64,000 nt of DNA from the human T2T-CHM13v2.0 reference genome, Homo sapiens. A program made the position numbers and the translations under genes. Under the pieces are notes generated by a model, which was given only the letters and a program-made list of their open reading frames with translations, did not search any database and was not told where the DNA came from. Below are positions 1-16,199 of the stretch, in pieces (the first letter of the stretch is position 1; each line of letters begins with the position of its first letter). The stretch lies in NCBI RefSeq assembly GCF_009914755.1, contig NC_060932.1, one strand, 5' to 3'.

Positions 1-169
1 AAATTGATTCATTTGTAATTTTTGTTTCTGACTGACTTATATTGACTTCATCAACAAACATTTACTATTTGGTAGACACTCAAAGACATAATTTCTGTTC
101 TTTGATAGTGAAGTTTAGCAGATATATACATAAACAAGTATATGTAACAGCTAGCATCAAAAGATAGTT

Positions 170-620
170 TTGCATACACCATAGTTTCCCAATGAACTAT
201 GCCTCCCAGAATTCATGTTCTTATATAGTTTTCTCCCGTTGAATTAGGACTGACCTTGCAACCAATATATGGCAAAAGTGATGCTATATAACCTACAAGG
301 CTAGGTCAGAAGAAGCCTTACAGTCCTGCTTAGGTCCTTTGAAATGCTCCCATACCACTAGAAAGCAGTTGTCAAGTAGGAATCCAGCCTCCTGAGATGC
401 CATTTTATGAGGAAGCCCAAGGTAGCTGCCTAGTGAAGCTGGGTGAAGAGAGAAAGGCCCAACCAGACCCCAGCTATTCTAGTCAACCTGGCCAGATATG
501 TGACTGTAGAAGCCAAAAGATGTCTCCAGCTTAAATCACCATGTAAGGGAGCCCAAGTAAGAATGGCCCAGCTGAGCCACCAAGCTTTGGGATAGGTTGC
601 TATGCAGCAATACATAATGC
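170..620 (+). mobile_element. MLT1-family (ERVL-MaLR) solo LTR, old and degraded
   Basis: Resembles MLT1 consensus segments (ggctaggtcagaagaag, cccagctgagccac) and ends in ttgctatgcagcaatacataa. Confidence 0.6.
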
Positions 621-3312
621 AACAGTAGCATATGGTGTGATGAGTAAAGAATGGAAGTCTCCATTCAAGGTGTGGAGGGCAGTGGTGTGGCAGAAAGACT
701 AGAAGGAAGGAAAACATGAGGAATATGGATGGTTTGAAAAACCAAGTCGTAAAGCAGTAAATGATGCTTCTTTCATGTTTTGAACTGCAAAGTAGTTTTC
801 TAATTGAATCTTTCAAAGGCAGGAGAGTGTGCTCAGAAATCATAGATGGAGTCTAGAGGAAGATGTTCACTAATTCATTTATTTATTTAAGAAACTTTTG
901 GTAAACTTCTACTAAGTCTAATGTTCTGGGCCATATGTAACCCATCGTTGAGGAAACTGGGCCAGGGAGTGCCATTTACATTTCAGTGAGAATGATGGTA
1001 AAAGGAAGAAAAGAAAATGAGACAGCTGCTGAGGTGGATACAAAGCGGAGGAAAACGAAACAGAATTGTAAGAAACCAAATTATATAAAGGGAGTTAGTT
1101 ACAGGAATATGTTTGGAAACTGAAGATCAGAGGCATAGACAGAGAAGAGGCATAGATGGAAAGAAAGCAGCATTTCTCCCTCTGAGGTAGGCAGAGAATA
1201 AGATGTAAAGATAACGGGAAGACAACTAAGTTTTTAGTGGAGGAGAAATTTATATCAAATGGCATCCGTAGTCCCTGTTGAGCAAAAGGTGAGTTAATTT
1301 GCTCAAAGTAGGACAGGGACTGAAGGGAAAGGAAAGTGGTAACTATTACAGTTTATGTGCTAAGGAATGAGATACAGAGCCAACAAGTGATGATTAGAAT
1401 TACTGTTAAGCTGAACTGAAGGCCCAGTTAAGGTTGGAAATCATGCTTGTCTTGCAGCCAGTCACCATGGTAATGTAAGTTTCTCAGACATGTAGTTCCC
1501 AGAAGCAGAAGGAAAGGAAATGAATGGCTGAGTTTGGTTAGAAAGAGTATTTTCAACACTTACCTTAGCAAGTAACATTGAGTGTGAAAAGCTGATGGAA
1601 TAATACATAGAAGTCTTGGGCTTGAGCTCTGACACTTGAAATTCCTGGCAGACCTTGGGAAAATCATCTAGCCAGTTAGCATTTTTCCTCACACATAACA
1701 TGAGAATATTTACCTACTAGATTTCTTATGAGACAAAAACAAACAAAAATAAGTAAAGTACTTTATAAATTTTAAGGTGGATTTTATTACAAGGTACTAT
1801 TTTTCCTCTTTGATAGCAGGTAAGGACTCATTTGGTGGATGACTTCAATTACGTCTTGTCCGTTGCTGTTTGTCATCTTTTTGAAAATCTGAATTTGCAG
1901 AAAATTGTTTCACAACTTACTTATTCCTCATAGCACTTTCTCTCTTTCTCTCTCTCTTTTTTTCTGTCTTTCTCTGAAAGTCCTGGTTCTAATTTATTGA
2001 TATCCTTTCTGTAATTGCCTAGTGAACTTATGGATACTTTAGTTCTTAAACAGGTTGATCCAGTGATGAAGGATGCCTGGCATTTCTATGTCTAGTATCT
2101 TAGATCATATTTTCCTATAGTTAGCATTTCACCACATCCCTTTATTCACAGAATTGCTTGTCATTTGTACAATTTTCTTAATTCTTCTCTATTTATATGT
2201 GACATCTTGTTGCTGTCATTAGTTTTAAGACATAATCTTTAAGCAAGAAGTAACTATGCTTGTTCAACTTCTTTTTGCATGGTGTCCATAAAATTCTCAG
2301 ATGAATGTTGAATTTTAAAGCTATTTTTGTTATTTAAATATCCCTTTAGTATGTGCTTTTTTCCCCTTTTCACACTTCCATGAAAAAATGAGTTAGAATT
2401 TCTAATTTCCAAATGAAAATAGTAGCCAGACTGAGTAGGTGAGCTGTAAATTGAAAGAGGATAGTGATGGCTTCATTTGATTGGAGTGATAATTTTCAGT
2501 TTATTCAAAGGAGGAATGCTGCATAAAAAAAGAGACTTTGCAGACAGCTTCCACAAAAAAGAGCCTGGCACAGTTCTGATAATTGTAATAGAAAAACTCT
2601 AAGGAAAATGATATATCTAATGGGATGATTGAGATGATACACAAAGGTAACAGTGACATTGCTGTAACAGAACGAAAAAAGAAACAAATACATTATTCTT
2701 TAAGTATTAATCTGATCAAATCCACACATAACAGATATGATTAGCTGTTCATGGGAATCAACACTAAAATTGTATTTTTACCTGAAAAGTCTAACAACAC
2801 TTAAAAATCAAATCCCAAAGATCTAGGTTTAGTCTTACAGAAGCGTAACTGGAGTGTGGTTATGGCTTAATTAGCAGCAGCAATCATTTGGCTATGCCTT
2901 GTGGACCGCTGTCAAGATTGCCAGTCATGGTAAGAAAAGGGAAGCGCCAGAACCAAAGAAGCTCTGCTTATCCAGCACTGATTTTAGCAGACACAAATAT
3001 GTCCCAGGAGAGGTGTACTTTATTTTGGATAGAACAGTTTATCCAGCTTTACCATGGTTAAAGAGATAAAATTGAGATTATTTGTGAAACTTTTGGTCTT
3101 ATTCCAAAATCATCAAGAAAATGTGCTCTACATATAATACTTGAGCAAACTGATAACTCAAAAAGAATGTCTTCCATTAGAAATTAATTAATTGCATTTC
3201 TAGCTCCTAACATTATGATTTGATTGTCAGTTACTTTGGAGTCAGTTAACTTGAGTCACTACTCGAAGTCTAGTTTCTGGTTCTGTGGGAATGAGAACCA
3301 GTGATCTAAGCT

Positions 3313-4592
3313 AGCTGTTCCCAAAGCATAGTCAGCTGACCCCTGGGATCTCCAACTTTTTGAGGAAATCCACAAAGTCAAACAGCTTTCATAATAACAT
3401 TAAGATGTTATTTTCCCTTTTTACTGTATTGATTTTGCATCAAGAATGAAAGCAATTGTGGCACCTTAGTAAGAATAAAGACAATGACATCCAACAGTGC
3501 TGCACTGTATTCTGCACTTTTATACATGTGTAAAAATTAATTTTGCTTAAAAATGTTCGTAATGAGGCAGTAAAGTTTATTAACTTTATTAAATCTTTGA
3601 ATGACAAAATGGGAAGTAAATGTAAAGCAAATCCGTAGCATATGGAACTACAATGGTTGCCCTGAGGAAAAACACTTGTACAATCATTTGAGTTGTGAGC
3701 TGAACTAGCTTCTTTTTTCGTAGAACACCGTTTTTACTTGAAAGAAAGACCGAGAGATAAACTGTGGTTATTTACACTTGGGTATTTTGCAGACATTTTT
3801 CATAAATGAACAAAATGAGTCCATTATTTTAAGGAAAACAGCTGGCAGTATTTGATTAATGCCAATAGTAAAATGTAAGCTTGAGAATAAAAATTAGATT
3901 TTTGGATAACATATCAGCCAGACTTTTCTAATGAGATCAGTAAATATATTAACATATGTTATTTAATATGTTATATTAAATTTTGTTCACAATAAAACAT
4001 GTCAATTTTTGGAAGATCTGTAAAGCTCAGTGAAACAATATTTTCCAAATAATCAATACAAGTTGTTACTAAATCATGCATGGGTAAAAGATTCATTCAA
4101 AATGCAAGATATATCAATAGATTTTAATGTAGTACTGTGTGAAAAGTTATTGATGTGATTTCAGATTTTGTATTGTAGTTGATCTTTTAAAAATACCACT
4201 TAGTATCAAAGAAGAACATTCAAAATTGTCTGGAAAGGGTACTGAAATGCTACTTCTTTCTCCAGCTGCATATCTATGTGAGGCCAGATTTTCTGCATGT
4301 TCTTCAGTAGAAACAATCTATCAAAACAGATTGTATGAAGAAGCAGATATGATGTCTTCTCTTAAGCCAGACATTAAAGAGATTTTTGCAAAATAATATA
4401 ATGCCACCCAACTCATTATTTTTTGTTTTGCAATATAGCTAATTTTTATAAAAATATGTTATCTATGTTAATAGGTAATGGGTATAATGAAAAATTTCTA
4501 AGTTTTTAATTTCTAATGTGGTAAATTGTCAATAGATTTAACCTACAGAAACACAACCTTTTTGGGATCCTCAATACTTCTTAAGATTGTAT
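3313..4592 (+). mobile_element. Charlie1 (Charlie1a-like) hAT DNA transposon remnant
   Basis: Start ctgttcccaaagcatagtcagctgacccctggg...ttcataataacattaagatg and end caacctttttgggatcctcaatacttcttaag match the recalled Charlie1a consensus. The right TIR is missing. Confidence 0.75.
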
Positions 4593-7087
4593 GATGAGAA
4601 CAGATGGACACATAGAGGGGAACAACACACACTGGGGCCTTTCCAAGGCCAAGCAGGGAATGTAAAAGTATGCAGGGAGAAGTTAGGCCATAGGAAGAGT
4701 AGAAACTGAAACAAACTACAGAGCACAGAGTTAGTATAGAGGGAGCAACTCGCCTCTTAGCTCCTGATGATTTTTACCCTAAGGAAATGCAGACTCATTA
4801 CAAGAGCTTTTGCTTTGTCTAAAGAAGTGGAAAACAGAGAATCTTATGTGAAACATCCCACTTTTTCAATATTGGCAACTAATTTGATTAAAAACATGAG
4901 AAATAAAAATACTTCTTTTTTATTTTATTAATTTTTTTATTTTATTAATTTTTAAATTTGTATTATTAAAAAAAACAAGCCAAATAAAATACCTCTGGAA
5001 GCAGTTTTGGACTATAGGCTGTTCATTTGTGAACACTCCATAGGATCAACGTGGGTGGTGGTGAATTCACTAAGGTAGCACCTTGTTGTGAGATGGTTGG
5101 CAATGAGCCAACAACTACATCCTCTGTGTGACTCAATAAAACCAAGAGGTTGCTTTGGAAAAACTTTCTCTGTGGGCCTTGATATTTGTGTCTAAAGACA
5201 CAAGTAAACCAGTATCATTTATTTATAAGGGATCTAAATCATTACTCCAACCATGCTCTAAGAATTCCATGACAGGGCTGATATAATAAGTCTTCAATGC
5301 TACCTTAGCCAATGGCAATATGTCACACTGTAGAACTTCTCTTGCTTTACTTGTGGTGTTTCAAATGATTCATGATTGGTATAATAAAATACTTCTGTAG
5401 AGAACTACCTAGTATACAACAGGCTATGATCCTGCCAATTGTTTTATTTATATAATAAGAAGTTATTTTGGACCTAAGAAAATAGATGTCAAAATGACAA
5501 CCAAAAATTGTTGAAAATGTAAATTATCTTTATAATAAAATTAATAGGCTAGCTATGATTTCATATACAAATTTTAGGGTACTAAAACTTAGCTTTTTGA
5601 TATAAAATATCATTTCCTAATTCTATTTTTAACTGAATGCTTATATTTATAAATCGTTCATTTAAGTGAAGACAATCAATGACACCAATTTTGATAATTA
5701 GTTTTTGTACAGGGCTATACAGTTTACATGAGAAACTGTTATGAATAGAGTATTGTAAAACTATAAAATTGTTAAATAGAATTTATTAAAAATTCAGTGA
5801 AGTACCCTCTTTACTCAATTTTAAATCAAGAGATAATTCTTCAAAACAGGTCAATGACTAAAATACCATGATAGGACTAGAAAAAAACTTATCCATATCT
5901 GTAGAACACAGCCATGGATGGGGGGAAGATGATAAGAATCTCTTTCTCTTTTGATTTTCCTATTTTTCCTGTCACGTGGCTGATGTGGTAAGTGTTTTCT
6001 ACTTGGAAAATGCCTGTATTCTTAGAAGATCAAAGCAGTGTTAGAACAGGACAGAGGAGACAGGAAGCATGAAATGATTATTTGGGATTGGTTTTGCTCT
6101 AGATTTCAGTGGAGAATGGTAAAGGCCGTGAACTTGCTTCTACAATTTTTATGTCATCCAATTCACTCCACCGAGGCAGGAGACATTATGGAATATGGAA
6201 CAGCCACACCAGCTGGGAGGGGCATTGTGCTGCACTGTGTGGCATTGTGCAAGCCACTGGGCATATCTCATAACTGAATTAGTTACTAACTTTTAAGAAT
6301 CGGATTTCAAGTAAAAGTCCACACTTCCACTTCCCTTGATGAAAATGAACCAATCTGGCCACTCTGGGCAGTAAACTCCCATTAGAAGTAACTGATAGCA
6401 ATAAATAGCTGCAGCTTCATTTAATTTAGACATGCTGTCTCCAGTTACCCACAGTCTCCACTTGGCCCACATCACTTATTTATATGCCTGGCTTATGTAA
6501 ACATTTAAGTTTGTAATTTCTATCCTAGAACTTTAATGTCTAAACCTTTTATTATAACATTTTAGTGTTAAATAATTTTAGAATCTCCTATGTGATAATG
6601 GCTATATTTTTAGTTTAAGTGACAGAAAATTCAAGATGACACATAGATTTCAGGACAATTTGTATTACCATTTTAGTGCTTCTATAGTCCTTATTCATAG
6701 AACAAATATATATTAGACCTACTAGGTGCCAGTCACTAGTCTAAGAACCAGGTATACACATGTGACAAAAACTAAAAAAACAGTCCCTGCCTTTAAGGAG
6801 CTTACACTCTGGTGGTAGAAGATAAATGGATAAAATATGAAAAATTATAATTAGTGGCAAAAAGAATAATAAATCAAGGAATGGAGATAATGAGTGCTGG
6901 GAGTGTGTGGCGGGGATAGAAAGAAGGGTACAATTATAGGTAACAATGCCAGAGAAGCCTTCATAGAGAAGGAGACTCTTAAGTAAAAACTTGAATTAGG
7001 ATTAATAGAATATTTCAGACTCAGGATACATCATTTGCGATGGCCCTGGGGTGTGAGCAATCCTAGCGTGCTTAAGAACTGTACAGA

Positions 7088-7664
<577 letters not shown>

Positions 7665-8360
7665 CTCCTGGGGCATTATTAGTTATTTTAAGTACTTTGG
7701 ATTTTTCTAAGAGTGACGGGAGAAATCATTAGGGGTTTTAGCAGCAAAATAACCTGATCTGACTAATGTTTAAACATGCTCTCTTGCTGCAGTGTTGAGG
7801 TGAGCAAGTTCTACAGCAGGCAGATCAGCAAATGGATGAGGAATGGTGGTGCCTTAGACCAGCCTGATAACAGGAGAAGTGTTTGCATACCAGATACATG
7901 TTGAAGGTAAGCCAATGGATTGTATGTGGGGTATGAGAGAGAGAGAAGAGTTAAGAATGCTGAGTCTTGGAGTTGAGATGGGAAGAGTGTAGGTAGAAAA
8001 TATGGAGTAGATGTTTGGCTATGTTGAAAATTTTGAGATGACTGTTAGAAATTTAAACAGATCTGTTGGAAAGGTAATTAGACATACAAAACTGGAATTC
8101 ATGGGAAAGATCTGGGATGAATATATACATTTGAGAGCATATTTAAAATCATGATACTGGATTAAGAGGGTAAATATAGATGGTAAAGAGAAAAAAATGA
8201 ATAAATTTTTAGCTTGGGAGACGTTGGGATAGACAATTCAGTAGAGATAGGATCCTGGGTTGAATACAGGTCCAGTAGAATAAATACTGGGAAATGTTAA
8301 TTTCTCAAGAGACCAGGCTAAAAATTTTCTTGTTTGGTACTCAGGACTTTCCTGTGATAG

Positions 8361-8909
<549 letters not shown>

Positions 8910-9671
8910 CTTTCATCCTGCCATTCCAACTGGAGGTTTACATCACAGCTGTACAAAGATTATAACTAAGATTTTTATAGCCTTCATAGCAATAATGGGA
9001 CACAAGCGATTTCACTCATTAATGAAAGAAGTCAAAGACTTAACACATCATGAAATTCTCTTATCTCATCTATTTTGCATTTAGTGCAAGTTATATTTCA
9101 TTGAGAAAACTAGTTGCTTGTCAAGCATAAATGTTGTAATTTTCTTAGTTTTATCTTCCCACTGTTGAATATCCCTTAGAGACAAGAACTTTCTTGATAT
9201 TCAAATAAAAGATGTTGATTTTAATCTACCCTGCTAGTCTTTTAATAATACTGTTTCCACAACCAGATTGTTTTAATCTGTATAAGTTCCTGGCTACCTG
9301 ACTAGAGTCAAAAGACTTAAATTAGGGTCAGAAATATTGTGTTACACTTGCATTCATGTTCTTTTTGCATCCTGAAATATGACTGATTAAAAAAATACAA
9401 ACCAAAACTATCAGTGTTTGGTCTGTTTTAGTGAAGATAATCTTCTACTTGGTAGTGCCTAGTCTAGTTCCCCAAAACAACTATATCTGCCTCTATGTTA
9501 AGCATTAGGAGCCATCTGAAAGAGAAATTCAAACACCTTTGTCAGTGTTCATGGCCATGAAAGTAGGAACTCGATTCCATTAATCCTTCGTTCCAAATTC
9601 CATCCTTTCTCAATCTTCTAGATTTTGGATCATATTTCTGTCTCTCATTTCTCCTTACCACATATTAGATG

Positions 9672-9830
9672 AGTGGTGCCCAAACCTGGTTGCACCCATT
9701 ACCCGCAAGATCAGATTATGTGATGATCAGGCCCAGAAATGTGCATATTTAACAAGAGCCCCTGGTGATTCTATTGTAGCCACTCTGGTACTAATCTTTA
9801 GCCTGGCGCTTGGGAACCACTAACCTAGGA
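9672..9830. mobile_element. MER5A-like hAT MITE
   Basis: Degenerate TIRs gtggtgcccaaac / ttgggaaccac with internal ggcccagaaatgtgcatatttaacaag. Confidence 0.55.
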
Positions 9831-11275
9831 TCTTTCATTATCAAAATTCTTCACCACTCTGTCTTAAACTATGTTGGGTACATACCCCTTCCAATTTTAC
9901 AGAAATGGTTAAGATCAGTTGTGGAGTCAGAATTCTGGGTTTACATCTTGGCTTCAGTATTACCAACTTTGGGTAAATACTTTGGGTTTCCTGATCTGTA
10001 ATTTTTATAATGAGATTGTTGGCATTACAAAAATTAAAGTGTGTATATTACCTGCATAGTGCCAAGAACATAAAATGTTCAATAAATATTAATTTTTGGT
10101 GCTCATATTGGTTTTGAGATTACAACTTGCATGCTGGAAGCCTGGTGGGATGGCCCTCTCTGGGCCTTCTCTAATCCCAGAGATGAAATCTGATAGATAA
10201 AGATGATTTTGTCATCATAGAGGAGACTTAGGATCTTATAAACTTGTCTGAACATTCACATTATACAACAGTATTCAGAAGTTAAGCGTGGTCCCAAGAC
10301 ATTTGCCAAGTAGAAGGCTAGACTTCCTGCTGATATTATAATTTTATATTTGGATTCTGCAGCTTTAGAATTAAAGCTGTTTCTAGCTTTAGAATTAAGT
10401 AATCGGTGGGCACTAACCTCATTAAAATTTTTCATTAGATTCTTCTGGTGTCATTCTAAACTAAATTTTCTAAAAATATTCTAAAATAAGTTTCTGTTGC
10501 TTTCCTCTTGAAGTCGTTTCTGCTGCAGTGCTATTTGAAACCCTGATCTTTTCTCAGGGTTGCATATATTAGAAGCAACCCTGCCCCTCCTGCCATCCTC
10601 AAATGCTCTTGTAAGAATGGATTAATGTCAAGGAATTTACTCTTTACTATTCTTATTTAGGTATTAATACACTTAGAATAGTTATACGTTGAAGGAATAG
10701 TTGGAGGCCTGAAATCTTACGATCAGACTACTGCTACCCACTTGGTTCTCTTTTCTTCCCTTATGACAAATATGGAGTTATTAACTTCTATTGGTGAAGA
10801 CATAAATATTATTTGCCTATTTACATAATTTTGATATTTTAGCTTTTGAATGCCACCATTATTACATGTGTGTTCTTTGATTGTCATGATTCAAAGCTGT
10901 CTTCCTAAGATCTGTATATTTCTTATTTATTTCTAATTTATTCAAATGAAACCATTTCCAGTGGCGACTGATTGTGATGTCCATAGTTCTGATAGCTGTA
11001 GGTGGTTATCAACAATGAAATAAATTTTGCATATTTTCCTGCATTAATAACAAAATAACATTTATGAATGAAAAAATGAATGGAAAAATAATTGATTTTC
11101 TATTAGCTCTTTAATTTTTTCTTAAATTTTGATTTCCAATATATATGTTTGTTTTCTTGAGAAAAAGGCAAAATATGCAAAAATTAAATCTAGAGGCTGA
11201 TATTACCATTTTATAAGTTAAAAAATAATTTTCAGGACACTAGTGGTAAACAAACTAAATAAAGACTTATTCTCG

Positions 11276-11582
<307 letters not shown>

Positions 11583-13804
11583 TTATCCCCAGGTGGTCCT
11601 GGCCATTATAATGATCAAAGACTTTTTAGTTTGAGAGACAATGAAAATACCAGAGTTTTTTTTTAAAAAAATATTCTGTAGAGTATGGAAGAGAGAGAAA
11701 TCCCCTCTTTACTAGGAAAAAGTAGGAAATGAGATTGATATTTTAAAACTATTGTTTGCATGTACATATTTCACCAAAACATGAGTCTTAATTTGTCATG
11801 ATAAAGAGAGATAAGGTTACAAATTCCTCCAAAGCAAGTAGAACAAAGTGTTTAAGACAACAATAGTAATTTGCAGACTGGCAGAAAATAAAAAAGTATT
11901 ATGTTTATTTTTCCATCTTTTTTATTTCTGTTCTTCCATGGGGTTTCATTTCCCTTTTCAATTTCTCCCCTGAAGCTCTCACAAATAAAGATAAATAATG
12001 AGGGAATGCTTTGTTATAAAAACAAAAACAAAAATAGATATCATGGAAATATGTTAGTTAAGATCACATTCACTTTTCCCAAAAGTATGATTATTTGCAT
12101 TTTCTTCACCTGACCAGAGCATTTTAAAAGGCAAAAGATATATGTGATGTGAAGAGAAACCAGAGTACTGACCAGAGCATTTTGAAAGATATGTTCAAAA
12201 TCACCTTTGTGCATACCTTTTAACAGCTGAATTAGAGCAAGGATATCAGTCACCCAAAGCAAATTAATAATAACAGGAATTTGTGCCAAATCAGACCAGA
12301 ATGTCAACATTGCTGTGGGAAAGATGATTCAGCTATTTAGCCCTGTATTTTTTATAATGACAAATTTTTTTGTATTGGCAATTCCCATAGACCAATGCAT
12401 TAGTCTCAAATTTAATCATTGGATTAAAATATTTTTTCTTTTGTTTCTACAGAAAGCATTTTTTTCAGAACATCAGATGAGCATGAATAGTAGTATGAAA
12501 TGAAAGTCAGGAGGATAAAAGAAACAAAGCAAAGGGAATGACTGAAATTCAGCACACCTTACAGGGAAAAGTTTATTTTTTTAAGAAGGGATTTCATTTA
12601 ATCAGGGCACTATAGCAATCAAATTTCTTGGTTCTCAGATTATTTATATTCAAGGACTACTTTGAACTCCATAGGTCTATTAACTGGAATTTGGTGCAAT
12701 TACAGACTGTGGCTTACAGTGAATCAAGAGCACAGAAGAACCTGACCCCAAAGCTATTGATCAAATACATTTCTGATTAGCTGGGTTTAGCTTTTTGATA
12801 GAAATTTCCCTTTTTTGTCTAGAAAGCAACTTTCTTTTAAAACTTAGATATTTGATACTAAATATTATATAGATAAATAGAACTTAACTAAAACACAATA
12901 AGTACCAGATACATAAACTGTTCAAAATAAAATTTTGCAATAGTACAAATTTTTTTTAAAGCAAATGACCATGTGATAAGAGTTACTTTATCTTAAAAAG
13001 GAATGTAAAAGTATTATCCACTATTTATTAGCATTTAGAAAGTTTATTTCATTTTAATAGTTTTAAGGGAAGCCTTTGCTCTCCTTTGAGAGTTCTTTCA
13101 CTTTCACTCAACATTGTGTTCAAGTTAAACATGTGTTGAAAATATCACAGAAATATGTGAAGGTTCTTAGTTACCTCTGTTAAAAAATGTACTTTCAACA
13201 GGTCTATTTTTTAAATACTTTGTTAAAGTATAATTTCCAAATGCTAAAAGCATGACTTCCATAAAAATAAAAAATGAACACATGTCAAAGATTTTATTTA
13301 GCTTAATCAAAGGAGAATTTGAAGTTTGAAATATACATATATATATGTATATTTCGGGTACATATATATGCATTTCATATATATTTATAGATATATTTCA
13401 TATATATGGGTGTGTATGTGAGTGTGTGTGTCTAATCTTCAGGAATACATAAATAAATTTGCTAATTCATACAAAAATGGTTACTACCTCATAAAGTAAT
13501 ACCATACACTGTTTGGGTCACCTTTTCTATAGAATAGGAATAAATTGTATCTCTATCAGAAAAAAATCACTCATTTGCCTTACTATGAATGTAAACTATT
13601 TGCATTACTATTAGTTTTCTGCAATTTAACTTATAACTGCAGAGTTGCAAAATGGCCTTGTTAATAGACAATCAAAGGAGAAGACTCATATGAAAAGAAT
13701 TCCTAGGGGAATCTTTAAACAATTTCTGGGCCTATTTGCTTCTTTATCTTGCTTTCTTGTTCCTCTGGGGTGGTTTCTGGAACTCTAATATCATCTCTCC
13801 CTAA

Positions 13805-14107
<303 letters not shown>

Positions 14108-14465
14108 TCTAATAATTTCTAATCTCTGTTCCAGGTCTACATTTGTTATTTGAATGCATTAATGTACTTCATGGAACAAAAGGGTCTTTCATTTAATTTG
14201 AAAGCAGTTGGGTGTTAAAAATAATTTTCTTCCATTCATTTCATATGTATTAAAAACCTCCATAGATATCTGAAAACCTTTCAGGTAATCCTTGGCCAAA
14301 ATTACTAAATGTTATCTCTCTCTGTGCCTTAGATATTTGCTCTGCCTGCTGTTATAACCCTGGCTCCCAAAAAATGAATTTCAAAACTTTCCTATAAGTT
14401 GACAACATATCTCTATGTAAAATGCTAATGAGGATCTTAACAACAGGACTCCTGGAAGGAGGACT

Positions 14466-15526
14466 TGTTACTGGAAATGTAGGAATCCTTTGTTCTTGTC
14501 TAACTTGGAAGAAAGGATTTAGCCAAGCGATGCATAGCAAGGGTTAAGTAACAGAGTTTATTGAAGGAAGATAAAGTACATTTCTAGAGAGGAGGAGTGG
14601 AAAACAGCTCCAGACTGACCCAGTTGGAAAAATAGTAGCAACAGTGTTTATTTAAAGAGACAGTACACTCTGAAAGATGAGACAGAGTGGGCTGCTCAAA
14701 AGAGTGAGCCAGCAGCAGCTTGTGCTGGGGGACTCTATGAGAATCTTACATGATTATTCATGAAGGGGCGTGAGGGGGTGTCACTTGCAAGCATGTTTTG
14801 AGATGTCCCTTTGGGCGCTCATGCTCTGTGGTTATACATGCTAGTAGACATGTTGCCTATTCTCATTAGCATCTAAAATCTCCATCCAGGGGTGTGTTTG
14901 GTACTATTATAATGAGCAAAAGGCTACTCTGGGGCAAGTTTTTGGAGGAGCGTGCATGAGCGTCAACAGGAAAAATCCCTAGCATTGTTATATCTGGTTA
15001 CGGCCTGATAAGTCTTCTTCAGGGTCAGAGGAGCTCAGCCACAAGGCCATATGTAGCCAATGTAGCCATTGTCCTTTTTGCTGACTGTCAGTTGGCAGTG
15101 CTGACTATCAGTGGGCAGCATCTCTAGAACTTTTAAAAAAATTCCAGGGTGGCCGGGCATGGTGGCTCACACCTGTAATCACAGCACTTTGGGAGGCAGA
15201 GGTGGGTGGATCACCTGAGGTCAGGAGTTCGAGAACTGCCTGACCAACATGGTAAAACCCCATTTCTACTAAAAATACAAAATTAGCCAGGTGTGGTGGC
15301 ACATGCCTGTAATCCCAGCTACTTGGGAGGCTGAGGCAGGAGAATTGCATGAACTGGGAGGCAGAGTTTGCGGTGAGCCGAGATAGCAACATTGCACTCC
15401 AGCCTGGGCAACAAGAATAAAACTCTGTGTCAAAAACAAACAAAAACAAAACAAAAAACAAAAACAAACAAACAAAAAATTCCAGGGGCTCCCTTTCCTG
15501 CTAATTTCTGGCTGTCTGCCTACTCA
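14466..15526 (-). mobile_element. ERV1-class solo LTR (subfamily not assigned) containing an Alu
   Basis: TG...CA ends (TGTTACTGG...CTACTCA) flanked by a 4-bp direct repeat GACT (14462-14465 and 15527-15530). Minus-strand AATAAA near 14557. Confidence 0.7.
15151..15479 (+). mobile_element. Alu SINE (AluS-like) inserted in the ERV1 LTR
   Basis: Full dimer with TSD aaaaaattccaggg on both sides. Confidence 0.95.
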
Positions 15527-16199
15527 GACTCACCAGTTAGTTAGTCTAGCCTAGGCAATTGTTCCTCTTGGAAACCATGCTTGCTTTTTTACTGAACTAC
15601 AAAGATCATTCTTTCTTTACATCAAAATAAAAATTATTATGGTTTTAGTTTTAGAAAAACTTCATATTAATTAGTCATATTAGGTTTGCTTAGTCATTAG
15701 TCATATGTTAGGTTTGCTTTAAGGAGTGTTAGATGCATTTTTGCAGGAAATATATGAGGGCTATCCATGTTCACTGATGCAAAACTTGAGGGCTTTGGTC
15801 AAACAGAAATGTCTTTCTCTTTCCTTCCTACCCTTTCACCTTCTAATCTTCCTTCTGGTTCTTATGAAGGTGCATTTTTGTATGGATAGTTGTTTAATTT
15901 TGTGTTCCTGCCAGGGTGTAATCCATGGAGGGTTCTCCATAGCCATACTTGCTCTGCCTCCTTCCTCAAGATCCCTAACTTTTTTTCTCTTCCTTTTTAC
16001 CACATGTATTCATTTAGCATCTACTGAGTGACAGTCAAGTGCTAAGCCCAGGTTTATAATTGTAAATGAAAGAGAAAATATGTTCTCAAACAGCTTTAAG
16101 TAGGTGGGAACAAATACATCTATTTATTATAAAATGGAATTATAATAAAGTATCATGACAAGGGAAGTACTAGTACTACAGGTGGACATAGTAAGGGTA

